Positions 1 to 11,100 of a stretch of 64,000 bases of DNA are shown here, piece after piece (the first letter of the stretch is position 1; each line of letters begins with the position of its first letter). This stretch comes from a virus (Duplodnaviria; Caudoviricetes). The stretch spans positions 32,001 to 96,000 of IMG/VR virus record IMGVR_UViG_2617271113_000004; one strand, given 5' to 3'. Under the pieces are notes generated by a model. That model was not told the origin of the DNA, ran no database searches, and saw only the letters and a program-made list of their open reading frames with translations. The translations under genes and the position numbers were made by a program.

Positions 1-121
1 TCCGGAGCCACCCACTTAGGTGATGTGTAATCGTTTGGAATGATGGATACCTTCCATGAAACATGTAGTGTTTAATTATCTTTTCGATTGCCCTATTCAT
101 CTGTATTCTACCGATACCCAT
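1..121 (-). CDS. 5' part of a structural protein gene running off the left edge (MGIGRIQMNRAIEKIIKHYMFHGRYPSFQ...)
   Basis: ATG overlaps the stop of the 1468-aa gene (TAATG), AAGGAG RBS upstream, frame open to the window edge. Confidence 0.7.
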   Translation of the reverse strand, partial: MGIGRIQMNRAIEKIIKHYMFHGRYPSFQTITHHLSGWLR

Positions 122-3100
122 TATACTTCTCCTTTATTATATAAGTCTGTGAAGTGTACAGTTAATTCTTGTGTTGTTATATTCCCAGCTTCATCATTGG
201 CTTGTATCTGAATGACTTGTGAGCTATCAGGGATATAAGAAATGATAGAAATAATTTTGTCAGCTAAATCTTGTAATTCTTCATGAAAAGCTGCATTTGT
301 TATATCTAAAGAAATCCCTTCTGTATCATTTATTAAGGTTATATAATCTGGCTCACTGTCAATTTCTTTCTCCCAAATAACACTTACATGAATTTTTCGT
401 TGTAACATGTCATCTTTTAAACCTTGTGTTATGTTCTCAGTAATATTGGTATCAGTTACCATAATAATATGTTTTTGTGCATCATCTCTCAGTTGGTCAT
501 ATAATGATGCGGCTCCATAAATTTCATCAGTAATTTGACGAAATGCTAAGTTCTCCCAACCTCCACCATTGATTACTAAATCTTGAATTGAAAAAGTATC
601 AGCTGACGTCATATTACCTCTTTGCTGTTTTTCATTGAAAGCACTTCCTATAAATCCAATATGAACATCTAGCCCTCTATTTTGTAAATTACTTAAAAAG
701 AGATCCATATTGTTTTTTACATTTGTGATGTTATCTTCCATGCTTCCAGAGGTATCTATAACAAATATCATATCTACTTTGTTACTAATCTCTTCCTCAT
801 ATTCGACTGGATCTGGCACTTGAATTGGTAGACGATGATCGATGATCAATTCTTTTTCCCTATTGGTTGCTTCTTCGGTAAATTCGGTACTTAAACTTCG
901 AATCACCCAGTTTCCTAAGGCTGTTTCATCTGACACGCTTCCTACCAATGGCAAGTTGTTATCGATTAGATCTTGGTAATAAAAAGGGTTCGGGACTTCA
1001 TTTAAATTAATTATAGGAGAAATGATGTCAAAGAATGGTGCATTCTCATGATCATCAATTGTGTTTGATACCGTACATAGTTGGTTCATAATATCTCGAG
1101 AAAACTCGACCACTATAGCTGCTTTGCTACTATCTAGAGAAGGAGCAAAACCATTTGGAAGTCCGTCTGATTGAAGCCAATCTACTATATGTTCAGCTTT
1201 TTTATAACCAATTAATTGAGAGCTATTCGTTGTGTAATTTGTCTCAATTACTATTTTGGTCGACCATTCTGTTCTTACCGTGTCATATCTATCTCTTATG
1301 AGTATTCCAATAGCGCTAACATATAATGACTCACTTGTTTCGTTAATAACGCCAATAGCAACTCCATGATGTTCTTGATACCAACCTATAATTGCTTCTA
1401 TATTTATGTCGCCTATTTTAAACAAATAGTTAGGTCGATCGAGTTCCACCTGTTTTATTTCAAATGTCTTCGTAACTTGGTTATAGTACTGAATAAAAAT
1501 TTTCCTGATTTCTATACACTCATGAATGTGTTCCTGATCAGGATCTATGATAGGATCATTTGGCTTTATATCCAGTAATGGATGATAATCCAAATCAATA
1601 GGACAACTATTTTCTTCCCATCCAGAATTAATACTAAAAGTTAGCCAATCATTGATGCGGTTGAGAGTAGGAGCAGAGATATAATCACCATTAGCGATAT
1701 CATTTATCCATTCTGTTGGCTTGTCATCTGGTGAGCCTATCATTAAATGACTATTAAATACTCCATCTGTTTGTTGTGTGATTTTAGAAGACCACTGTAC
1801 TTGCTGCTCATTGCTTTTATTTAAATAACGTATTCCAACTGAATGTAAAACAAAAGCCCGATTTCCATCGTGATAACCATTAGATATCATTACTGTAGGA
1901 CCTGACATTTCAGTATTCCATCCGACTGTTACTAAAGTTCCTTCTCCATTATCAAATTCATAAGGTAAAATATCTTTAGCCAACTCTATTTCCTGTACTT
2001 CATTATGATACTCATTGTAATAATGCACTATAACTGACAAGAGTTCATAACAAGAGATTGTCTCATCTTCTTCGCATTCCTCAATTGTTGCAGAAAACAT
2101 TTCTGTATCTCTTGATTTTTCATCTTCTGCTATGATTTGAAACGTAACAATATCTCCTATTGCTAATCCTAGCTCAATAATTCTTGAATAAGGAATAACC
2201 CAATTAAATATTCGCTGATTACTGGTGGCTACATTTGCCAAAGAATGAAAGCTTATATCCTCATTGCTTTCAATTGTTGCAATATCAATAAACGTACCAT
2301 TGATCCATAGTTCTATACCGGTAATAGGATTGGAACTAGATGCAACTCCGCTTATATAAATAGATTTATCTAAACAAATAGTATCTGGCTCATTTTCAAT
2401 TAATAAAGTGACTGGCTCATAGTCATCTTCAGGATCATATCCTCCTCCAGGAGGTATCCCTAGATCATTATCTTCATTCTCTTCGTTATCATCCTCTTCA
2501 TCTGGAATAATAGGAGGTTTGGGTTTCTGAGGAGGCAATGTTTCGTAATCTCCTTCAATATATTCTTTCTCATACACACCTGCTTCAATATCTTCTTCTG
2601 TTGGCTTTGTTTCAACTTGAAAGCGAAACCCTTGGACTGTTGAACTATTATAACTTGTCTTTATATCACTGGCAGTATAATTGATATTACTCATCGTTGT
2701 CATGTTATCTTCTTCATCAGTAGGTCGTTCAATTATAATTTTTAACCTAAGAGAGAATATTTGATTAGTTGTTTCTATATAACCTTCATGTCCTTCGACT
2801 GCTTCTTCTTCCAATCCTACTTGTTGTATTGTGTATAGTTTAGGTGGGTTGTTTTCTAGACTTTCATGTTCAATTGGTGTAATTGGATGCCACTGTTTCC
2901 CATCATCAATAGACACAAAGTACGTAATCCAATTATATTTAATTAGACTATTTTCTGATAATAGATCACCAATTGTTTCGTTAGCAGATACTGAAATTCG
3001 TTCAATTGGTTTATCAAAGTAATAAGGTTTTGTAACTAGTTCGCCCTTTTCTTCATATTCACAAGATAATATTTCTATATCACGAATGCCTATGCAATAT

Positions 3101-4527
3101 CTCCAACCTTCCAGTCTTTCAATTCCTGAATCGACTGTACTATCATCTGCAATAGACATAAGATCATTAGTTATTTTTTCAAGCTCATATCCCTTACTTT
3201 CTGATTTTTTCATCGGATAAAAAGCAGTTGTTTCTGTTTCACTCACATCAATTTGAATCCCAAGACTCTCTAAATTGATTAATGGTCCTTCAATTCTTGG
3301 AGCGTATTCAGCTTTATCTTTATGTTGGATTGTCTCAAAAACATAGTCATTACTATTACTGATATTCATTTTCTTTTCATAAAAGATATGTCCAATATCG
3401 GTGTAGTATTTATGCTTTTGTTCAAATAACACAGATATTACTTTTGCTTTTATTGGATCAAAACGAAAGGAGTAATCCGTATCTTGCTTTTTCTTATTCA
3501 GAACAGAAACAGGTGCCATTGTGTCATTAGATACTAAAATATTTTTTACTATTGCAGCTTGTGATCCATAATTAGGAGGTGTATACATTTGTAAATTAAT
3601 TTGATTAATAATCTCTTCTTCCTCTAATACAATTTGTAAATGCAAACGAAGTACTCCATCATCAGGATCTTCAGCAAATGTTAATCGTTTATTGCCACTT
3701 ACAACATACTCCCAACCAAGGTTCTGTGTTATTTTTCGTTTTTCATGATCTCGCAGGTTAATTCGTTCATATTCAAACCATGTATTTGCATCTCCATCTA
3801 AAGCGGCAGCATAGTTTCCATGATTATCGTTTTTTCCTACAAACTCATATCCACTTGTACCAGTAAGATAATCATCGGATACCATGGTAACTTCATTATT
3901 GTTCCCAGGAAACCCATTGGAATCAGATCCTAAGATAAAATCATTGTGCTTTTGATTTCCAGGAACAATTGTAATCTTTGCATTTTCAGCTACATTATTT
4001 GCATCGCCTTTCACTGGTAAAGACACACCAGTAGTAGAGATTTCTAATGGAATTCCTGAAATTCGGTCATAATCTATTTTAAATCCATTTAGAAAATCAT
4101 CTCTTCCAAAGCGGATCATACCGTTATTCCCATAACCTGCATACATTTCCAAATCTTTTAGTTTATCGTATACTTTTTCATATTCTTTATTAATGATATC
4201 TTGCTGCATTACGTTATGGTTGAAGTCTGAGTAGAGGCTTCTTCCTAAAATATCAACTTCTTGAAATAATGTCTCTAAATCGGCTTTTATTTCTTTCATC
4301 ATCTCGTTATAATCTTCACTCCAAGGAGGCCCATCTTCATAAGCGTATCTAGGAATAAGATTCGGAGACCCCATTTGTGTGAAAAAATCTTGAAAAGATT
4401 GAAATACCGTTTGAACCAATTGTGGTTCCGTATTTATTTGTCCTGAATTGAATTTTTCCATTGCTTTTTCAAATTGGTATCTTGATTGTAAATATAATAA
4501 TTTTGACTCGTTATTAACTTGATCCAT
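121..4527 (-). CDS. Large virion structural/adhesin protein with a duplicated internal domain and a C-terminal vWA domain
   Basis: 1468 aa; vWA MIDAS motif DMIFVIDTSGSM with a later MVTD; N-terminal region resembles the 830-aa neighbour; acidic Pro-rich linker. Confidence 0.7.
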   Translation of the reverse strand: MDQVNNESKLLYLQSRYQFEKAMEKFNSGQINTEPQLVQTVFQSFQDFFTQMGSPNLIPRYAYEDGPPWSEDYNEMMKEIKADLETLFQEVDILGRSLYSDFNHNVMQQDIINKEYEKVYDKLKDLEMYAGYGNNGMIRFGRDDFLNGFKIDYDRISGIPLEISTTGVSLPVKGDANNVAENAKITIVPGNQKHNDFILGSDSNGFPGNNNEVTMVSDDYLTGTSGYEFVGKNDNHGNYAAALDGDANTWFEYERINLRDHEKRKITQNLGWEYVVSGNKRLTFAEDPDDGVLRLHLQIVLEEEEIINQINLQMYTPPNYGSQAAIVKNILVSNDTMAPVSVLNKKKQDTDYSFRFDPIKAKVISVLFEQKHKYYTDIGHIFYEKKMNISNSNDYVFETIQHKDKAEYAPRIEGPLINLESLGIQIDVSETETTAFYPMKKSESKGYELEKITNDLMSIADDSTVDSGIERLEGWRYCIGIRDIEILSCEYEEKGELVTKPYYFDKPIERISVSANETIGDLLSENSLIKYNWITYFVSIDDGKQWHPITPIEHESLENNPPKLYTIQQVGLEEEAVEGHEGYIETTNQIFSLRLKIIIERPTDEEDNMTTMSNINYTASDIKTSYNSSTVQGFRFQVETKPTEEDIEAGVYEKEYIEGDYETLPPQKPKPPIIPDEEDDNEENEDNDLGIPPGGGYDPEDDYEPVTLLIENEPDTICLDKSIYISGVASSSNPITGIELWINGTFIDIATIESNEDISFHSLANVATSNQRIFNWVIPYSRIIELGLAIGDIVTFQIIAEDEKSRDTEMFSATIEECEEDETISCYELLSVIVHYYNEYHNEVQEIELAKDILPYEFDNGEGTLVTVGWNTEMSGPTVMISNGYHDGNRAFVLHSVGIRYLNKSNEQQVQWSSKITQQTDGVFNSHLMIGSPDDKPTEWINDIANGDYISAPTLNRINDWLTFSINSGWEENSCPIDLDYHPLLDIKPNDPIIDPDQEHIHECIEIRKIFIQYYNQVTKTFEIKQVELDRPNYLFKIGDINIEAIIGWYQEHHGVAIGVINETSESLYVSAIGILIRDRYDTVRTEWSTKIVIETNYTTNSSQLIGYKKAEHIVDWLQSDGLPNGFAPSLDSSKAAIVVEFSRDIMNQLCTVSNTIDDHENAPFFDIISPIINLNEVPNPFYYQDLIDNNLPLVGSVSDETALGNWVIRSLSTEFTEEATNREKELIIDHRLPIQVPDPVEYEEEISNKVDMIFVIDTSGSMEDNITNVKNNMDLFLSNLQNRGLDVHIGFIGSAFNEKQQRGNMTSADTFSIQDLVINGGGWENLAFRQITDEIYGAASLYDQLRDDAQKHIIMVTDTNITENITQGLKDDMLQRKIHVSVIWEKEIDSEPDYITLINDTEGISLDITNAAFHEELQDLADKIISIISYIPDSSQVIQIQANDEAGNITTQELTVHFTDLYNKGEV

Positions 4528-4541
4528 ACTCTCCCTCTATT

Positions 4542-7034
4542 CTATCGATTCTGATCAAATGAACTGTGCTTTATCGTGTAGTTGAATAGTGCCGGGGTAA
4601 CACTTTCATATCCTGCATGATTTCTACGCAAAATCGCTTTCAGCCTTATACTTGTTGAAATATAGTAATAGTCAACAGTTATATTTTTTAACTGAGTTCC
4701 ATCACTTGGATGACCGAATATAATTTGATTATTGATATGAGCATATGCTTTACCGTTATTTTCATTTAATCTCTGACTATCATAGCTGTTGATTGTATAA
4801 TCAGTGATATTTTTATATTCTTCTCCTTGAACCCTGACTATTAACGGATAAGTAAAGCTATTGGCATTTAATACTTCTTTATTATCAGTGTACTTACCAG
4901 TATTGTTATTGTAGTTATATAGAAAGTCTCTATGCAAATAAGGTATATTTGTCAGTGTTATATCATTATGTTGATCAACCTTATCAAAGTATTCACCAGT
5001 CTCTCCTTTATCATTTAAAAACTGGGTTGGCGTTAACTCTGCATCTTTTAGAAAGTCTACTAGGTAAGCTGATTCATGTGGCTTATAATCTACAGTATAA
5101 ACACTCGTTGGAGAATAATAACCATTTTTAATTCCTACCTTCATGGAGCTATCGCATAGGATATACATGCTTTGATCCATTGGCACTCCATTACGTTTAA
5201 TTACAATTGTATCCTTTGAAATAAAAGGAAAACGGAAACTGAAATTAACTGTAGTGCCTTGCATTAACTCTGAACACGGTTCAATATTGTCATCTCCAAA
5301 TAATAATTCACCTTCTACATATGCATGGTTAGACGGCAGTATAGCTTTCCAATCAGCAGGGATAGGGTTTCTTTTATCTGTAACATAATATTCGATATCA
5401 GTTATTTTTGAACTATTTATAATTGGCTTGTCTGTCTTCGGATCAACTTCATCTGGTGCAACAGAAACATAATGGTGTTTCTCATCAGTTGATAAAGCAA
5501 GCTTACCGGTATTGCTTGATATAGGAAGCGGCTCACTTATATAAATAGATTGTCTATGATATTTCCTACCAAATACACTTATGTCATAGGCTCCATATAC
5601 ATAAGACACTTTATTAATCGGCTTCCATTTTTTGTCCAAATCAGGGCTTCTCTCGTCTGTTACTGAGCGTTTCTCGCCAGTTTTGTCTAATGCATATAAA
5701 GCTAGTAATAAAGGATTTTTATAATCTCCTATACGAACAATTTCTAATGCCTTTTTCGCTGCATCTAACAAATTATCCTGCCTAAATATTTCGGCCCATT
5801 CTTTTAGCTTATCCAGATATACATTCCAGCCACTTACCTCATTTTTTCTATCAAATGAAGCTATAGTCTCTCCTTCTTCTGCATAATCCTTAATTAAATC
5901 TTCATTTGATGCTAAACTATCCCATAGCTTCGTTTCATTAAGTTCGTCTTCATCAATCATATAGTTCTCTTTTGTATAATTTTCTTGCCTAACCAATATA
6001 CGAATCATTGATATTTCAACTGAAGGAAACTGAAAGACCATTCGATCCACTGATTTTTGACTTCTCTGGTGAAGTGTAGGATGATTAGGTGATATCAATT
6101 CATACATTTGGCCAGTCCTATTCTTATTTTCATAGCCATGTATGCTAACCACCTCTAATGGATAAGAAGCAAAGGGATCAAACCGAACTTCTGAAACAGT
6201 TGAAATACCATTCAGCATTATCTCAAGCTCACATAATGCACCATCTTTAGGGTAATCATGATAATCATGACTCCAAATATCTTCAATATCCTGCGTAATG
6301 ATATCTTCTACTAGTACTGACTCTGCCCAGAATGTATTGGCAGATCCGTCTATCGCATTGCCAATGGGATATTTCGTTTCTTCTGATTGCAATCCGATTC
6401 GATTTCTTATTTTTATATCCGCTAATTTTCTACCATAATTTGTTTTTAATTGATCTAATGATTGAATGCCTGCCAACTGAATTGAATTGCCGACATTCTC
6501 TGCATCATATATTGACGACCTTGTTTCTCCGAATCGATCTTTTCTAAAAACAGAAAGGAGGTCTTGCTTACTTTCTGTCCATTTTGGAGAATGAAACTCT
6601 TCATGAATGCTTTCAGTTACGTCTTTGTCCTGTGTTAACATTAGCTGATATTGCTTTACATTCGTTCGCATATCAGTGATCTTTTTCCTTATCTCTGATA
6701 AAGATGATTTTGTAAGTTGATGATGACTTCCTAGTAATCTCTCAATTTCATTGGAAGATTCAAATATGGTTGCTAAATCAAAAGCAATTGATTCTAGATT
6801 TGCATTATAATCTTTTGAATTCGTTCGATCTTGCTGTTGAATAGCCTCAAATGTAGGTGTTCCGTCTCTTTCATCCAACTCTTTAATTAAGCGTTCCATT
6901 TCCTTTTTAAATTCATCGTCAGAACGAATCAAACCGTTTGCTTGTTTTCTCTCTAGTAGTACTAATAATTGCCGTCTTTGTGACGTGGGCATTGTTATTA
7001 GAAAGTCATTTAAAAATTTACTCACTACGTTCAC
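4542..7034 (-). CDS. Virion structural protein (baseplate/fibre-associated), paralogous to the N-terminal part of the 1468-aa protein
   Basis: 830-aa ORF; shared S(E/K)DYN..DL..(L/I)F, (L/I)DG.ANT and later YY/F(V)..W..I.P motifs; true start may be the GTG at 7025. Confidence 0.6.
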   Translation of the reverse strand: MNVVSKFLNDFLITMPTSQRRQLLVLLERKQANGLIRSDDEFKKEMERLIKELDERDGTPTFEAIQQQDRTNSKDYNANLESIAFDLATIFESSNEIERLLGSHHQLTKSSLSEIRKKITDMRTNVKQYQLMLTQDKDVTESIHEEFHSPKWTESKQDLLSVFRKDRFGETRSSIYDAENVGNSIQLAGIQSLDQLKTNYGRKLADIKIRNRIGLQSEETKYPIGNAIDGSANTFWAESVLVEDIITQDIEDIWSHDYHDYPKDGALCELEIMLNGISTVSEVRFDPFASYPLEVVSIHGYENKNRTGQMYELISPNHPTLHQRSQKSVDRMVFQFPSVEISMIRILVRQENYTKENYMIDEDELNETKLWDSLASNEDLIKDYAEEGETIASFDRKNEVSGWNVYLDKLKEWAEIFRQDNLLDAAKKALEIVRIGDYKNPLLLALYALDKTGEKRSVTDERSPDLDKKWKPINKVSYVYGAYDISVFGRKYHRQSIYISEPLPISSNTGKLALSTDEKHHYVSVAPDEVDPKTDKPIINSSKITDIEYYVTDKRNPIPADWKAILPSNHAYVEGELLFGDDNIEPCSELMQGTTVNFSFRFPFISKDTIVIKRNGVPMDQSMYILCDSSMKVGIKNGYYSPTSVYTVDYKPHESAYLVDFLKDAELTPTQFLNDKGETGEYFDKVDQHNDITLTNIPYLHRDFLYNYNNNTGKYTDNKEVLNANSFTYPLIVRVQGEEYKNITDYTINSYDSQRLNENNGKAYAHINNQIIFGHPSDGTQLKNITVDYYYISTSIRLKAILRRNHAGYESVTPALFNYTIKHSSFDQNR

Positions 7035-7060
7035 CTCACGTTTCTTTATGTAAAGAGATA

Positions 7061-7075
7061 AGGCAGCTGAGCTGC
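7061..7075 (-). terminator. Short GC-rich hairpin after the 352-aa gene (possible weak terminator or processing stem)
   Basis: ggcagc-tga-gctgcc inverted repeat in the spacer; U-tract is poor. Confidence 0.3.
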
Positions 7076-7076
7076 C

Positions 7077-8126
7077 CTATTTGGGAATAATTCCTCGATC
7101 CCCATCAAAAGGTACATATTTTTTTTGTTCTTCATCCCATTTTTCGAGCTCAAAATGACTCAAATTCTTATGATCGTTATAAGAAAAAAACGCATGTGCT
7201 TTTCCATCTATTATCTCAATGTACAACCCTTTTGGTGTTATTTGTTCTTGAATAATTTCTTTATGGTTTTGCATGATTGAGAAGTCTACTGTCCAATCCT
7301 GCCCCTGCATTGCTTGAATATCTGATAGTATATCCTGTTGTTCTTTCTGGAATGTAAGAAGATCTTGCATGTTTTGACTATTCTTCTGAACTAGCGTGTC
7401 AATCATGTAAAACATAATATCATGTGGAACATCCTTCAAAGCCATTTCCACTGGAAAATAAAGCTTAATAACCTCAAGGGGCAAATAGTTTAATGATACG
7501 ATTCCTTCTTTGGTAATAGTTCCATGAATAATTTCTCCTGCAGGATGCAATATTGGATTTTTATTCTGGTCTAACACGGTGACTTCTCCAGAAACAAATG
7601 CAGCACCCTCTAATAAAGGAATCTGAATTTCTCTTGATGTTACTTCTTGTAATTCATATACATAAGGAATAATAAGATCCTTATCACTAATATCTTTTCC
7701 TTCTAGCGCAATGTCAGTAATTTTTTGAAGTCGATAATCTAATTTTAATCCATCTTTAATAATGCCATCCACTTCACTTACTGCATTATCAATTTCTTTA
7801 TTAATACGAGGGTCCGAGCTCGATCTGCCTTCCGTGTCTTTAGCAATCTCTACCATTTCTTCTTTCAAATTATCAATTAGCTTCTTTAAACGCTGTCCTC
7901 TACTTGCAACAATATCGAATGTAGCAGTTCCTATTTCTGCTAAGGCTTCATCAGCTTTCACAAGTGCAGTTGTTGATCTTGTTGTATTTGACCCAACTTT
8001 ACTGATACTATTTAAGATGCTTCCTTTTGACTCACTCCAGTCTTCAATTTCCCTGTTAGCAGACATAAGTCTTGCTTCTAATTCGTTCACAAAAGGAATC
8101 AATTCCCTTTCTGAATAAACCGGCAT
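7077..8126 (-). CDS. Hypothetical structural protein with coiled-coil N-terminal half
   Basis: 352-aa ORF in operon; GAGGTG RBS favours the ATG at 8126 (MPVYSERE). Confidence 0.55.
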   Translation of the reverse strand: MPVYSERELIPFVNELEARLMSANREIEDWSESKGSILNSISKVGSNTTRSTTALVKADEALAEIGTATFDIVASRGQRLKKLIDNLKEEMVEIAKDTEGRSSSDPRINKEIDNAVSEVDGIIKDGLKLDYRLQKITDIALEGKDISDKDLIIPYVYELQEVTSREIQIPLLEGAAFVSGEVTVLDQNKNPILHPAGEIIHGTITKEGIVSLNYLPLEVIKLYFPVEMALKDVPHDIMFYMIDTLVQKNSQNMQDLLTFQKEQQDILSDIQAMQGQDWTVDFSIMQNHKEIIQEQITPKGLYIEIIDGKAHAFFSYNDHKNLSHFELEKWDEEQKKYVPFDGDRGIIPK

Positions 8127-8153
8127 TTTCTTCACCTCGTTACTATTTTATCA

Positions 8154-8167
8154 TGAAAAGCATTACA
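8154..8167. promoter_or_regulatory. Palindromic operator-like site, copy 1 (TGAAAAGCATTACA)
   Basis: Matches three other intergenic copies; lies in the short spacer upstream of the 352-aa gene. Confidence 0.55.
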
Positions 8168-8174
8168 TTTCATT

Positions 8175-11100
8175 TTATATTTCAAAAATTTCTGTATTTT
8201 GTAAATCTAATTCATCTGGAAATGATGTTTTTTTGAGCTCCTCAGGATCGTAAAACTCAATAATTGGTAACACTCCGAAAGCTTTGTGTTTATTTACAGC
8301 TTCGTGTATTTCTTTTTCATAAAACCCTGAAGGATTGTCTTTAGTTTTTAATAGGGTTTTTGGTAAACGTATAATAATTATTCCGTTTTCTTGATAAGCC
8401 TGGCCATCAAAATATCCAATATCCCAATGGTGCAGCGACTCTTTATTTACTTCTTCAATTATCTTTCTGGATAAAGCTTCATCTAGACCTCCACCTCTGG
8501 TTCTTGTATCTAATATAACAGAATCCTTTATTTTACTATTAGGTTGTAGAATCACTTTCCCTAATCGAAACATACTCGCATCGTATTTAAAGTCCTTATC
8601 ATCGAACCAAAATGATTGATCGGTGTGCCGTATTACCTGACTATTTTGAGTCCCGTTTATTACATCGCCATTTTTATCCTGAATTAATACAGGTCGAATG
8701 TAAATATGCATCGGTTTTACAAGTAACTCATTTGAAGTGGCTTCTCTTTTCTCATATGAATCAATTTCATGATCGAGTGGAATCCATTCAAGAAAACCGT
8801 TCGTATTGATTGTGTGTGTATGACCAGGACTTGGATTTAAATCTAAATGAAAGAAATAATCTGCCAGTATCTTTTCTCCTAAAATTGGGTCAATAGATAC
8901 AATGGAATTTATAGAAATAATATCATTATATTCCATACTTCTTTGATCAGGATGTTTTTGGTCATAAACATAATTAATTGTAGAATTGAATGGAGCCTCT
9001 CCAATAATTTGATGTGAGATATTAGGCGTTAATTCCAATTGGTGTTGCTTAAATTCCTCGACAAAAGATACCCACTCTTCTCCAAATAGCTCTGTTGGTT
9101 TTAATATATGGTTTATCTCGTATTCTTCTTGGTATCTGCCAGTAACATAGGTTTCCTCTAATTTCTGTGTTACTGGGCCAAATGTTTTTTCATCGGTTAT
9201 AATAATCTCATTTTCGATTGTTGATGCATTTCCTAGAACTGCTTCAATATATTGATTCATAATATCTTTATATCCATTGTCATTTTCAAATAGATATTTA
9301 GATTGATTACAGGTTATGAGGACTTTTTGATCTCCGTTCTCGTATAATGCAATGATGACATGCTCTCTTGCTTCATCTATCCAAGCAATTGGAGTAACCA
9401 TTGAATTAGAAATAACAAGCTCACAATCTCCTTCAATCTCTATCGAGTTTTCGGTCCCATTGTAACTTTCAAAAATAGGGTGTACTGTATTCACTTCAAT
9501 AGAAGCATCATTTGTAGAGTAATCTCCGATATGGTTTACTGAGACACCAAATTCATTTAAGGTGCGATTAGCGTTTTCTGCACGAACCGATTCGTTTTCT
9601 TCTAATATAGGAACAATATAAATACCATCACCTAAGTTACTAAAGAAATAGGTATTTATGTCTTCAAATACAGACTCATTTGGTTGAGTAACCCCGTCAG
9701 TGATTTGATTTAAGTATCTTCCAGCCAATAAAAGATCTACAGGATTATTTATAATGCTTTGTTGCTCTCTATAGAAATCCCATCTATATGGAAGTCTGTT
9801 AGCTACGCCATTTATACCTTGAGTGTCAGAATACACATCATTCATATTAAAGCCAGACGTTAAACCAAAAACCGTTCTAGTTTCAGGTTCAATTATTTCA
9901 ATTTCTCTTCTTTCACCCTTTGCATAAACTTCAAAAGTCACTTCTGATGCCATGGGAACTTCCGTTGGTATTACTTCATATTCTATTTCTCTTTTATGAA
10001 AACCTCTGTAAGTGTACCAATATTCTTCATAAGCATACCTGATAATAACCTTATCTTGCTCTCTTATTCGATCGATGAGATATATAATACCTTTGGCAGC
10101 ATCAATATCTTTAACTCGTAATACTCTAGCTTGATTATTCCTAAAAGCAGTTACTTCAATGTAGCTTATTTCTTGCTCTGATTTAAGACAGATTGGATAA
10201 TACTTAGTTTTTATTGCAAATTCATCTAATATAATAGGTGTTTCTCTCTCGACCAATGTGGTTGGACGATTATAGAATTCTTGATTAGTATATTCAGGAA
10301 CGGCATATTGTAACGTGACTTCCTCGATGTCATCTGGTTCTTTGGGTGCGTAGTTTAATAGCACTGGATATGTTTTATAAATGGAAGGTGTACGCTCTTG
10401 TGGCTCAAAATAGGGTAACTGCAGTTTCTTTTCAAACCTTCCATTTTTTATTCTTAGGTACCAGTTCTCAACTTCTAAATCCGCATCCTCTACTTTAGGC
10501 ATATCTATGTCCAATTTTTTACTATCATCTATTTTAATAGCAAATAAAGGAGATGCTTGTAAATCTTCATAATGAGTCCAAGCAACCAGATCAACATCTG
10601 CTGCCAACTTTGTCTCATCGACAAAAGAAAATACTTGTATCGGTCCCTCTCCCGTTATAGAAACACTTACCTCTCCGCTATTTCCCGTAACAGTACCAAC
10701 ATAAGATATTGGCGTATAAGAGTCAGTATTATAACCGGAACCAGCAATACGATTCTTAACATCTTGATCACAAAACTTTCGAGTATTCTCAGCCATAATT
10801 GCTCTTGGTCTTCCAGTATAATTCAAATTTGGAATAGATCCAGTTACAGTTTTTAATTCACTTGTTTGGATATTGAGGAACTCAACGTTTTGACTATAAT
10901 TAAAGACACCAAAAGCTCCTTTATTCCATTTCGTTTCGATTTGATATGCACGTTTCCAATCTTCCTCTGCAATAGTCCCAGTTTGAAAATAGAGGTTTGT
11001 TGTTTTCCCATGTGACTCAACCCGAATATTATTTTGCCAGTTCCGAATGTGTCCCTGATTCGTAATTGTAGACTTTTCAGCAACAACACTTTTTTTACCA

